Shown here: one piece after another, positions 27,986-37,493 of the stretch | Layout: every line of letters begins with the position of its first letter | How positions within the stretch are numbered: the stretch's first letter is position 1 | IMG/VR virus record: IMGVR_UViG_2548876968_000003 | Location: 11,782 to 75,781 of that record | Source of the DNA: a virus | Lineage: Duplodnaviria > Caudoviricetes | Direction: 5' to 3' (one strand) | DNA length: 64,000 nucleotides | Notes under the pieces: generated by a model | The model's input: the letters and a program-made list of their open reading frames with translations, nothing else | Told to the model about the DNA's origin: nothing | The model's database searches: none | Program-made: the position numbers and the translations under genes

Positions 27986-30718
27986 TCATTTCAAAACTAC
28001 CAAAGAATAGTCTTCCTTAACTTGGTTTGCTTTAAAAATCGTCTCATCAATATCCAAAAGAAAGGATTTTGCGAACATCATCGGCATACTCGAATCGTCT
28101 TCGATCTCTTTGAGTTTCATTTGTAGAGAATCTTTGATAATGGATAAATCTTGAATAATTACGTTAAGCCTCCCAATGACAGACGATGATCCGACTCCTT
28201 TGTCAGCAGATACGGCGATAGAAGCCGCGAGTTCCTTGATTGTTTGAGGGGACAAAGACGTTACATTGTCACCAAGTACGCGCTGATAGGTTTTGGATAA
28301 TGAATCCATCATGACTTCGAGCATCTTACGGTTTGTAGCCGCCGTTTCCATAGACACCGTCCTGAGTGCCTCCCGTTGAACATTCGTTGCGACGGAATCG
28401 AAATCAAAATGATCAAACTGGCCAGACTGTAATTCTTTCAAATAGTTTTGAATGACAGACGGCCCACGACCTGGGTATTTCGATCTGTTCGCAACATACC
28501 ATTTGTATGCCCGGATCTGCATCGTTGCATTCGGCTTGTCGTTTACGTCTTTTGCAAAAAGTCCGATGACTTCCGCAACTCCCAACGGAAGCGATTTGTC
28601 TTTTTTGTGAACGAGTGTAAAAAGATCCGGAGTTAGGTCATTCAACGCTAACCGCTTATTCACTTCTCCGATCGTAATCCCTAATTTTTCAGAAATTTTC
28701 TTCGCATCCCAGCCGTTTTCTATCATCTTCCCGTATGCTTTCGCCTCATCGGTCGGTAACACATTTCTCCGGTGGTTTTCTGAAAGCTGAGAAGCTAGTC
28801 GGTCGTTACTGGAAGCGAATTCTTTTGGAACAATTGGTATTTCGAAATTGGAAGGAAAGTGACCTTCTGCGATCAATTCCTTAACCGCCTCGTATCTGTG
28901 GTGACCGGCAACGACCGTCCATTTTCCTTCTTGTTTATCTACTATAATTGGAAATCCGGGATCGTAACCACCGTCTTTGATTTTTAATTTTAAGGAATTG
29001 ATTTGATTTCGATCGAAATCTTTTTTTGCAGTATATTGTTCAATCGTTCGGATTTGATTGAAAGGAAGTTTTGTCGGAAGTGAACCGCTCTTCGTAGTTC
29101 TACTTTCTTTAGAAGGCTTTATAACCCTTAAACGTCTTTTTTTAGCTGTAGGCTTCTCTTCTTTTACCTGCCTTTCTTTTTTGACAGGCTTCCAACCGTC
29201 GGCAGTTTTTATTCGTGTCGATCCATCCTTCCAATCTTTCTTCGTTCCTATAGGAGCGGGAGGACGGCCACGTTTCCCTTTCAAAATCAAATTTAACTTT
29301 TCAAGTGGCTCGTACACTGCCAGTAACATGGCTTTAAACAAGTCGCTTTCATCTTCGGATAATCCGGATTCTTTTAATTCTCCTCGAAGATCTACATAAT
29401 CGGAAACAATGTCTAAAATATCTTGGCGCGTATCGGAAATATACGCAAGATCCACAAATTCTTTTGCCCTTGAATCCAAACCTTGACTTAGAAGTGTTTT
29501 CTTTATATGATCGATTAATTTTCCATGATCTTTGTCTTCCGGAGAAAGCTTGTAAACCGGGCGATCTGAATATTTCTTAGGACGGATTCTTACCGCCGAT
29601 TCTTGTTTAAGACTGAAGTGGTTTCCCGATTGTCCTTCCGGTTTTACAAGCCTTGTCGAAACATAGTTTCCGTGTTTTCCATCAACTACGATTTGTTTAG
29701 GTATGAGAGCGGCCGTATTCCCTGATTTTTGGACAGAATGTAGATACTCCTCTTCCGGAACAGATCCGCCAACTAAAACAGACCTCAACCGATTTGCTTT
29801 TTCGGAAAGCCTCGAAAGATCAATATTCGAGTTTCGAAATTCATAAAGTTTCGATTTTAAAAACTCAAGTTTCGGACTCTTTAATTCCGTTTTGGTATTC
29901 TTTGAAAAAAGCCACTCCTTAAATTGAGAAATGGTCAAAAGAACAATCGAACCAAGACCAGTCCAACCCTTCTTGTAGTTTACAAGATATCCTTGTTTTG
30001 CGGATTTCTCGTCGTGAAATCCGAACATTACTTTATGCTCGTCGAAAGATCCATCCTTCTTTTTTTGATTCACGACAAAAACAATTTGTGAATCGGGATC
30101 CGGACCTACAAATACATCAACGTGATCCCCATCGGCTCCTTGTGTCCTTTTTATATACCCGTAATCAAACTTGATTTGATTTCTCCAGGGTTTACCGCTT
30201 TCATCAACTCCAGACCGATATGAACCCTTCCGATTCTCGATTGAAATATCAATCCCTTGAATTCGTACGTGATTTTTTTTGTAGTTGCCTGCTTTCTTTT
30301 GAGACGGAGTAGGTTCTGCTTTTAGAACGTTAGAGGATTGTATTTCGAGAATTGATTTTTGAGTCTCATCCTCTTGCTCGGAATCGGAAGGATCTGAAAC
30401 TTCGACTATTTCGGCTCGGTTTTTTAAATATTGTGAAAGAAACGAAGCGCCAAGAGATTTAAACTCTTTGGAAAGAGCGATCATTCCATCTTGAGAAAGT
30501 TCTTTTTCGGAAGACCTGAGAACGGTTATTAAGCCTTTGCGAGACAGGGAATTGATCTCCCCTTCATACCAAGGTTCTTCTTCTCCCATCACCCACTCTT
30601 GCCAAAGAGGATTTGTTTTTGTCATAGACAAATGAATCTTGTCCAAAATCGTCTCTGCAATTTCAGAAGTGATATCCTCCTTTGTAAGAATCTCCATTTC
30701 TAAAATACCTCGTCTCAA
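27986..30718 (-). CDS. Polyvalent protein: inorganic-pyrophosphatase-like (InPase) domain + ParB/Srx domain + HTH (910 aa; start may be 30697)
   Basis: ISIENRKGSYRSG...W...DYGYIKRTQGADGDHVDVFVG...DEHKVMFGF (InPase); PIIVD...VVAGHHRYEA...QLSEN.HR.N..P.DEA.AY (ParB). Confidence 0.82.
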   Translation of the reverse strand: MRRGILEMEILTKEDITSEIAETILDKIHLSMTKTNPLWQEWVMGEEEPWYEGEINSLSRKGLITVLRSSEKELSQDGMIALSKEFKSLGASFLSQYLKNRAEIVEVSDPSDSEQEDETQKSILEIQSSNVLKAEPTPSQKKAGNYKKNHVRIQGIDISIENRKGSYRSGVDESGKPWRNQIKFDYGYIKRTQGADGDHVDVFVGPDPDSQIVFVVNQKKKDGSFDEHKVMFGFHDEKSAKQGYLVNYKKGWTGLGSIVLLTISQFKEWLFSKNTKTELKSPKLEFLKSKLYEFRNSNIDLSRLSEKANRLRSVLVGGSVPEEEYLHSVQKSGNTAALIPKQIVVDGKHGNYVSTRLVKPEGQSGNHFSLKQESAVRIRPKKYSDRPVYKLSPEDKDHGKLIDHIKKTLLSQGLDSRAKEFVDLAYISDTRQDILDIVSDYVDLRGELKESGLSEDESDLFKAMLLAVYEPLEKLNLILKGKRGRPPAPIGTKKDWKDGSTRIKTADGWKPVKKERQVKEEKPTAKKRRLRVIKPSKESRTTKSGSLPTKLPFNQIRTIEQYTAKKDFDRNQINSLKLKIKDGGYDPGFPIIVDKQEGKWTVVAGHHRYEAVKELIAEGHFPSNFEIPIVPKEFASSNDRLASQLSENHRRNVLPTDEAKAYGKMIENGWDAKKISEKLGITIGEVNKRLALNDLTPDLFTLVHKKDKSLPLGVAEVIGLFAKDVNDKPNATMQIRAYKWYVANRSKYPGRGPSVIQNYLKELQSGQFDHFDFDSVATNVQREALRTVSMETAATNRKMLEVMMDSLSKTYQRVLGDNVTSLSPQTIKELAASIAVSADKGVGSSSVIGRLNVIIQDLSIIKDSLQMKLKEIEDDSSMPMMFAKSFLLDIDETIFKANQVKEDYSLVVLK

Positions 30719-30727
30719 CCCACTTTC

Positions 30728-31243
30728 TTAAATGATTGAATTTTCTCGGTATTTATAGAGTGCTTCTTGGTTTTCTCTTCTTTGGTCCCGGTCGAGTGAT
30801 TTTACAAATCCGTTCCAACTCCCGGCTTGAATCGTTGCGCCAAAGGGTAAAATCAGAATGACGGGAATATATCCATGCAATGTTTTAAATGGGATTGCGA
30901 CTTTTCTTTCTAGATTGGATACAAAGTCTTCCGGCTTGTGAGTATCTGCATTGTAGTGTAATACAATAATTTGTCCGACTGGCTCAGTTCTAAACTTAAC
31001 TTTATTCCACCAGGTAAACCAAGCGAGGGAAAGCATACCAGATAAATATTTCACAAGGATAAGGTGAAGTCTTAGGGTTTGAAGTAGAACAGACGCGCGG
31101 TAAGAAAGTATTTTGAAAAGGTCCGTTCTTTCTAAATAGAAAAGAAACTCGCTTAATTTCTTAGTTAAAAAATTTGTTTTAAATGAAAAGAAAAGCCAAC
31201 CAAAGAAACGATTTTTAAATTCCATATTTATCCCTTGTTTCAT
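30728..31243 (-). CDS. Hypothetical protein with hydrophobic segments (171 aa)
   Basis: ORF in late operon. Confidence 0.55.
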   Translation of the reverse strand: MKQGINMEFKNRFFGWLFFSFKTNFLTKKLSEFLFYLERTDLFKILSYRASVLLQTLRLHLILVKYLSGMLSLAWFTWWNKVKFRTEPVGQIIVLHYNADTHKPEDFVSNLERKVAIPFKTLHGYIPVILILPFGATIQAGSWNGFVKSLDRDQRRENQEALYKYRENSII

Positions 31244-31255
31244 CCTAAAATCCGA

Positions 31256-32374
31256 TTACTGCCTTCCGTTGAAATTTGCGAGTGGTTTCATTTTGAAAAG
31301 TTTAGGTTTGTCCCGATCCTCTCCACTTCCGCCTTCGATAAATCCCGTGACTCGAAACGTTGGATGATAGTCGTAAATAATAGTGTAGCCCGTTTTCGGT
31401 TTATCGGACAACCACTGGATTCTCGAATCTCCAAAGATTAAAAAATCCGTTCCTTCCTTGTGGGTTACGAAACCGTTTATTTCTTTAGAAATAATTCGAT
31501 CGATTGAGGCAATGGGAGAATAGGAAACGACGTCAAAGGCTTTGTTTTGATAGGCGATAAACTCGGAATGTCTAAGAGTGGAAACAAGAAGTGTGATAAT
31601 ATCACCTTCTCCCATTTTGTAACCCCCTCCCAGAACTCCCATCAGCTCCCCGTCTTGGAACGTGATTTGGCTTCGATCAAAAATTTTTCTCGAATCCGGA
31701 TCCACTCGATACGTTTTGTACCCTATCTTTACCGGGTTGTAGAAAAGAACTTTAAGTCTGTGTTTACCATTGACTCTTTTCGGAAAAATAACTGAGTTTA
31801 AAGTATACCCACTGTATTCTACAGAAACGGGTTTTTCGGTTTCAGAATCAGGGACTTTGAAAACCTCAACGACACCGATGATTGCACCAAATGGAATTTT
31901 AGGAAATAAAACGTATTCGTTTTTTCCTTCCGCTTCCACATACATTTCTTCAACGAGTGAAACTTTATATTTGAGAAGTATTGAATTCCAATACTTCAGA
32001 GACTCTTCGACTTCGAAGTATTCTTCATGGATACGTTTAATTGTGAGTTCTTTTTGAGTTTCCCGCGAAATTAAAACCGCGCTTTCAATTTTTGTAATCG
32101 GTGCGTAGCGTGTGAAAACCTTATTCCCGACTATTTTCCAAGCGGTTTCTTCCTGAATGAGTAAGTCCTCTTGGAATGTTCGAATGAGTCCTTCAAAGCA
32201 AAACTTACAATCCGGTAGCCTTTCCTCCGCCGGACAAGGGCAAGAAGAAAGTCTATACCAAAGAGCAGACTCCCCTCTTCTCTCTAAGAGGTCTTCATTC
32301 GTTAGGGGAGTAAGAATATTTGGTTTGGTTGTGATTGAAAAAGGTGTAACTCCACCTTGTCCTGATTTCCTCAT
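31256..32374 (-). CDS. Neck / head-tail adaptor-like protein with Zn-finger (372 aa)
   Basis: LLERRGESALWYRLSSCPC...PDCKFCFEG matches the CPC...CxxC.G motif of SPO1/K-like neck proteins. Confidence 0.65.
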   Translation of the reverse strand: MRKSGQGGVTPFSITTKPNILTPLTNEDLLERRGESALWYRLSSCPCPAEERLPDCKFCFEGLIRTFQEDLLIQEETAWKIVGNKVFTRYAPITKIESAVLISRETQKELTIKRIHEEYFEVEESLKYWNSILLKYKVSLVEEMYVEAEGKNEYVLFPKIPFGAIIGVVEVFKVPDSETEKPVSVEYSGYTLNSVIFPKRVNGKHRLKVLFYNPVKIGYKTYRVDPDSRKIFDRSQITFQDGELMGVLGGGYKMGEGDIITLLVSTLRHSEFIAYQNKAFDVVSYSPIASIDRIISKEINGFVTHKEGTDFLIFGDSRIQWLSDKPKTGYTIIYDYHPTFRVTGFIEGGSGEDRDKPKLFKMKPLANFNGRQ

Positions 32375-32622
32375 GCCTTTGAAACTTTGGTCGCTTGCAG
32401 GACGAATTCTTCGCGCTTTTTATCGAAACCTTTGCGAAGTGAGAATACTACTTCTATTCCTTCTTTGATTTCAGATTCACTCAAGAAAGAATACTTTGCG
32501 TTAAAGAAATATTCTATTCCGTCATTTCCTGTGATAAAGCCGTAACCTCCGCGATTTGAGTCACGATTCCAAGGGATATATTTTCTTATTTTTCCGGTTA
32601 AAGTGTGTTTGTAAGTTTCCAA
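32371..32622 (-). CDS. Cold-shock-domain-like (OB-fold) nucleic-acid-binding protein (83 aa)
   Basis: TGKIRKY...GGYGFITGNDGIEYFF (RNP1/RNP2-like) ...IKEGIEVVF. Confidence 0.7.
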   Translation of the reverse strand: METYKHTLTGKIRKYIPWNRDSNRGGYGFITGNDGIEYFFNAKYSFLSESEIKEGIEVVFSLRKGFDKKREEFVLQATKVSKA

Positions 32623-33152
32623 TCGATATATTCAGTGAGCCACAAATCCGATTCAGGTTCGTGACAACACGTCGGTTCCTCCCAGACCCCGATTGAATAT
32701 AGATCACTTTTTCGTATCGGACCAAAATTTCTTTCAAGTCTGATTCTTTCTTCATTGGCCTCTACGTTTTCTTCGTATCTGTCGTCGGTTCGAATCCGTT
32801 CTTTTGCGTCTCTGATTTTCCCTTGTCTGAATATTTCGTCGATTTCACTCAAGTCTATATCATCGATTTCGTCTACACTCACCGCTACATATTCATGCGA
32901 GCAATTCGGGTGCATAGGACAGCAAAACTGATAATCTTCCAAGTGAAGTAAGGCGTTACTTTTTCCAGGCCAGACAGCGATTGAAGTAACTGGATCGCCG
33001 GAAAACTGATCCCCACCCAAATATACGAGTCCTAAAGACTTCATATATTTTTCGTCTTGGAGGCTGTCTAAAGACGGAAATACTCTCGCAATTTGTCCCA
33101 GAAACTCCTTACACTTTGAACAAACAATTGGGTTCGAATCCAAGTCAGACAC
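32598..33152 (-). CDS. C-terminal half of MuF/SPP1 gp7-like head morphogenesis protein
   Basis: VCSKC and CPMHPNCSH correspond to the MuF CxxC and PPxHPNCxC motifs. Confidence 0.6.
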   Translation of the reverse strand: MSDLDSNPIVCSKCKEFLGQIARVFPSLDSLQDEKYMKSLGLVYLGGDQFSGDPVTSIAVWPGKSNALLHLEDYQFCCPMHPNCSHEYVAVSVDEIDDIDLSEIDEIFRQGKIRDAKERIRTDDRYEENVEANEERIRLERNFGPIRKSDLYSIGVWEEPTCCHEPESDLWLTEYIDWKLTNTL

Positions 33153-34129
33153 TAGTACTCGCCACCTCCAAATTGAACGTACTGAGCGCCTTTTTTTTCA
33201 TTTGCGAGCATGAGAAGTTTACCGTTATTAAAATTGATCGAGGCCTCTGTATATGCAAAACGAGTCATGTCCCGATTTAGGTGATTCGTGACTAACTTTT
33301 CATACACTCTTTCCCGACGAGATCGTACTGTATCCGAAATCCCATCTTCGAATAAACCCAGAGCTTCTTGAATCTCCGAGTCATCGGGCGAGATCATGAG
33401 TGTTCGAATTTCTTCCTCAGTAGCGTTTCGGGCGAGTGCTTCCGCGATTTGACGCCTATACATTTTTGTGATTAATTCATACGCTCGACCGGACCTTTTA
33501 CCGTTCTTGTCATAGATTGCAAGCCATTCGGCTCCTTTAGCTTGTCCATAAATTAGGGAGTAGGTTTGCTCTCTCGTTAATCCTGTTTCTTCCATGAGAA
33601 CATCAATATCTCCAAGTTCGGGAAAATTGTAGTCCTTCGCGCGCTCTGAAAATTCTGGAATTGTCATCTCCATAAGTTCATCCGGATCTTCTCCCTCTCC
33701 GATCATGTATTGAGCGATGTATCCGAGAATTGTGGACTTATTTCTTTCTTCTTTATAGATTCTGTTCCAGTCTTGGGCTAAAAAATCAAAAATTCCTTGA
33801 TCGGCTTCTTCTAACTCATCCCGAGAAATGACTCCTTCCGGAAAAACGATCCTACCCGTTTGTTTTAGAAGTTTTGAATAATCCTCTAAAGGGTTAGGAG
33901 TGACGTTAATCGTTCTCGGAAAAAAAGTCGGACGAACAAGGAGTTCACCGAAAAACTTCTTTCGCAAGACTCCCATTGCATCGGACCAGAGTGATTTTTG
34001 AATATCAAAATGGATTCCCTTCTTTGGATCCCCAAGTAAGGCGTACTGTAGGGAAATAAAATAATAGAGCCAAGCGTATGTAAGTTCCCGCAAGACTCTA
34101 TATTCTGAAAGAGGCGATTCTCTATTCAT
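33152..34129 (-). CDS. N-terminal half of MuF/SPP1 gp7-like head morphogenesis protein
   Basis: RDMTRFAYTEASINFNNG resembles the MuF R..RIA.TE...A.N.G helix; ORF stops just before the expected Cys motifs. Confidence 0.6.
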   Translation of the reverse strand: MNRESPLSEYRVLRELTYAWLYYFISLQYALLGDPKKGIHFDIQKSLWSDAMGVLRKKFFGELLVRPTFFPRTINVTPNPLEDYSKLLKQTGRIVFPEGVISRDELEEADQGIFDFLAQDWNRIYKEERNKSTILGYIAQYMIGEGEDPDELMEMTIPEFSERAKDYNFPELGDIDVLMEETGLTREQTYSLIYGQAKGAEWLAIYDKNGKRSGRAYELITKMYRRQIAEALARNATEEEIRTLMISPDDSEIQEALGLFEDGISDTVRSRRERVYEKLVTNHLNRDMTRFAYTEASINFNNGKLLMLANEKKGAQYVQFGGGEY

Positions 34130-34166
34130 AAAGTAAACCCTCTAAAATTAAGAGAGGATTAAATTT

Positions 34167-34700
34167 TTATTCGATACCCGCTTCTCTGATTAATTTACAC
34201 GCTTTCCAAAACAGAACGTGAAGCACCGTATCCTTACTTCTTTGATTGTCGAGGGACGAACAGACGCTATCATATAAAACCTGTTTATCTTGGGAGGACA
34301 ACTTTCCGATCTTTTCGGCAAAATCAGTATCTGAGTCTTCAGTACCGGAAACAAGACCCGCGATTCTAAGTAATCTAAATCCCTTCCAGAATAAAATATG
34401 AAGAACAGTGTCTCGGGATTGATTGTTTACCACCGAGGAATTGAGACTATCGAATAGATTTTGCCGATCTTCGGGACCAAGTTCCAGAACTAGGTTTGCT
34501 AAAATCACATCTTCGTCCTCTACGGACTCCATTTCTTTTAAATCGTTTCGTTCTATATCTTCAGACGCGGGAGGTAAGGGATGCGGAGCTTGTAGAGAGG
34601 TCTCCTCGATAATAGATGAGGTGTTTTCGAATTGATCTTCGACCGCTACCAATTTGGGATCATTGGATACGGATTCATTTTGAGTTGTTTCGTTAGACAC
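34167..34700 (-). CDS. Acidic protein with two internal ~42-aa repeats (177 aa)
   Basis: L..EDRQNLFDS...RDTVLHILFWK and L..QDKQVLYDS...KDTVLHVLFWK. Confidence 0.7.
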   Translation of the reverse strand: MSNETTQNESVSNDPKLVAVEDQFENTSSIIEETSLQAPHPLPPASEDIERNDLKEMESVEDEDVILANLVLELGPEDRQNLFDSLNSSVVNNQSRDTVLHILFWKGFRLLRIAGLVSGTEDSDTDFAEKIGKLSSQDKQVLYDSVCSSLDNQRSKDTVLHVLFWKACKLIREAGIE

Positions 34701-34957
34701 TGGATTGATTCCTTTTTTTAGTTTTCCCGATTGTAAAACGTGTCCAGTTTTATCGGGAAGGGAATCCTATTTGGGGGGTTCAAGTTTAATTAAGAAGTTG
34801 TGATTAATTCAGTGGCGTGACCGAAAGAAAATCTGGATTGTATTTTATCCGTTAAAAACAATACGCAATGCAAAGGAAAACACGTTGGTTTGTAGACGGG
34901 ACTTTGAGTCAAAAAGATCTTAAAACCGTTTGTTTCAATCGATAGGAGAAAGTCTTT

Positions 34958-35418
34958 TTAACCGGTCATTTTCAGAATTCCCTTGAGAATCTTTCTACGA
35001 AAAAACTCTAAGGCTGTTATCCGATCCGCGATTTCAAATCGTCTTAAATCTACGGAACATTCTAAAGGTGTTCCGGTATTTGATAAAACGAGAATGATTC
35101 CTGAATCGGTTTCAACAAGCATTCTGCCAAATTGGCCTATAGAATAATTCTTTTTTGGCTTACGATAGATCTCCTGGATGATTCCATATTCGTCTTTTTT
35201 TGGATATTCATATTCCCCTCGCAAAGACTCGATAAGTTTTACTTTATCTCCGACTTTAAAAACAACTTTCCTATTTAATAGCTCGGAAATATCTTCTATT
35301 AAGTCCCTTTCTTTTTGCTGGATAGGGTCGCAAATTTCGCTTTCCGATCTTCTATATCTTTGATCAATCCAGCTATAATCCGCGCTCGTTTACTGAAGTC
35401 ATAGTCGTCAAAAATCAT
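34958..35418 (-). CDS. Hypothetical protein, apparently frameshifted near 35390 (153 aa if repaired)
   Basis: Frame of ORF 34958..35224 is open back to ~35389 without a start; ATG at 35418 joins it if one A is added to AGTAAACG. Confidence 0.45.
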
Positions 35419-35427
35419 ATCCTTTTT

Positions 35428-36882
35428 TTATCTTTTTGAAAATTTATTTGGGTCTATCCCAAACAGTCCCAATCTCTTGTTTCGTATATCCGACGCTGTT
35501 TTGGGTTTACTTTCTACCTCATTTTTTACAGTAGCATATGATCTTGTTATTATATCTTTTTTTCTTCCGATAACTTTTAAAGCCCAATAGCGCAAGGCAT
35601 CCATCGCGTGATCGTGATTTTTGATAGGCACCTCTTTCGCGTTTCTCCCGTCCTTTTGAGGTTCCCAAGAATAAATTGAAAATTCTTCGATCGTATGAAC
35701 ACAAGTTCGAAATATCTTTAATTTTACACCCTGGTCTGACTCTAATAATTTTATGAGAGCCTGGATCCCGGTTGAAACGTCTTTATCAGCCGCAAAAGTT
35801 ACATATCCACATTCCGCCATCGTCGCGCGGTCTTCCGCGTCGTGATCGGCAACGATCCAAAAATTCGGCTTTCTTCTATCTCCTATTAGTTCACAGTGCT
35901 TACGAACTGTTTGTTCTGTGAGATAATGTTCATCCGCCAAATACCAGGTTTCGTTTGCTTTATCGAAAAATAACCAAAGGAAAACAAACGGATTTGTATA
36001 TCCGAAATCCACAGCACCTGCACAGTCCCATGTATCCGGAATTTTGAATGGCTCGACAATTGCCGACTCAAACATCGGATAGACCAGACCTTCAACGTCT
36101 ATCCAAAGTCCCAGATACAACCGGTCTCTTTCGACTCCTGTTAGTTCCGAGAGCATTTGTTTGTACTCGTCTGTGATAAAAGGATTATCTAGTGGCGTCC
36201 AATGACGACGCGCCATTCTGCTAAGTCTTCGGGAGGAAAGAACTTCTCCCGTTTCAGGATCTTGTTTTAATACAAAATACTTGTAAATCCAATGAAACCG
36301 ATTTCTCGGATTACAATCGACGATCAGTTTGTTTGTGAGTTCTTCCCTTACATAAGAAAGTCTGGTTTTTATTTTTTGAAATGTGGGATAAGAAATTTGT
36401 GTAGCTTCGTTTAAAAATATGGTATTGAATTCCGTTCCCATAATCTTCTCAACGCGATCTGAATCATCAAGGCCCGCTCCATAGATTTCAGCTCCGTTTG
36501 TGAATGTGATAACATGGTCGCTCTCATTGGTTGTATAATCCCGATCCTTTAAAAATCCCATCTCCTTCAAACACGGAAGAAGGGTCTGTCTCCAAACACT
36601 CATCCTTAGATGATTGAGTCTGTATCTGGCTATTAAGTGCCTTGAACCGGCGGAGATCCAAGCGCGAGAAATAATCGCCTTGATTATAAGGTAGGTTTTC
36701 CCGCTACGAGCTCCACCGTCGTAGCAAAGTTCTTGGATGGAATGATTTGCCCAATCTTCGTCTAGGGCAAGAGACTGTTTTTCTGAAAAATACTTATCCC
36801 TGTGGATCGTCTCCGTCTTGGCTTTTGCTGGATCTATCTTTAGAAGCTTCTTTCTTGCCGACACTAATCGTTTTCCCGCCAA
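35428..36882 (-). CDS. terL: Terminase large subunit (484 aa; start uncertain)
   Basis: Walker A DGGARSGKT, Walker B IFLNEA, CNP motif, nuclease DFGYTNP and NHDHAMDALRY. Confidence 0.95.
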   Translation of the reverse strand: MAGKRLVSARKKLLKIDPAKAKTETIHRDKYFSEKQSLALDEDWANHSIQELCYDGGARSGKTYLIIKAIISRAWISAGSRHLIARYRLNHLRMSVWRQTLLPCLKEMGFLKDRDYTTNESDHVITFTNGAEIYGAGLDDSDRVEKIMGTEFNTIFLNEATQISYPTFQKIKTRLSYVREELTNKLIVDCNPRNRFHWIYKYFVLKQDPETGEVLSSRRLSRMARRHWTPLDNPFITDEYKQMLSELTGVERDRLYLGLWIDVEGLVYPMFESAIVEPFKIPDTWDCAGAVDFGYTNPFVFLWLFFDKANETWYLADEHYLTEQTVRKHCELIGDRRKPNFWIVADHDAEDRATMAECGYVTFAADKDVSTGIQALIKLLESDQGVKLKIFRTCVHTIEEFSIYSWEPQKDGRNAKEVPIKNHDHAMDALRYWALKVIGRKKDIITRSYATVKNEVESKPKTASDIRNKRLGLFGIDPNKFSKR

Positions 36883-37429
36883 TCACCTTCTCGATCGATC
36901 CAGGAAGCTCGCCAACTCCGGCGATAATCTGAATGTTGAATTGGCTTTTCTCATCCGGAGATCCGGACTCGTTTCGGATAGTATCAGGTAAACCCAATGA
37001 TCGGAGTAGTTCCCGGAGGAGCGTATTTCGAGATTTAATCAGATGGGCAAGATCCTCGTTGGAAATTTCAGGATCATAGATTCGTTTTTGGATAAGATCT
37101 AAGAGTTCAGTAGATTCGGTATTCATCCGCGCAAGAGCCGTAGAAGCGCTGGAAATCAGGGAAAACTCCATTTTTTCCCTCACTTTTCCTACAATTTCCT
37201 CACGATCTGCGTTCCAACCGTTTCTTTGGATTAAGTTGTCGAGCTTCTTGTAATCGATATTATATTTGCGGCAGAGTTCTTCTCTCGAAGTAGCACCTTG
37301 AATGTATGCTATCCTAATTTTTTCTTTTATCTTCGCCGGGAGCTTTTCAGATTCAGACGTGCGTTTTGATAACGCATTGTCTTTGCTACCCTTCGTCTTT
37401 CGGGCAGGAACTTTCTTTTTAGCTACCAT
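36794..37429 (-). CDS. terS: Terminase small subunit-like protein (211 aa)
   Basis: N-terminal HTH (EELCRKYNIDYKKLDNLIQRNGW); immediately upstream of and overlapping terL. Confidence 0.7.
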   Translation of the reverse strand: MVAKKKVPARKTKGSKDNALSKRTSESEKLPAKIKEKIRIAYIQGATSREELCRKYNIDYKKLDNLIQRNGWNADREEIVGKVREKMEFSLISSASTALARMNTESTELLDLIQKRIYDPEISNEDLAHLIKSRNTLLRELLRSLGLPDTIRNESGSPDEKSQFNIQIIAGVGELPGSIEKVIGGKTISVGKKEASKDRSSKSQDGDDPQG

Positions 37430-37493
37430 TCAGGGAAAAACTATAACAGAATTCGTTTTATCATAATCACGGTTTCAAGGATAAAATTTAGGT

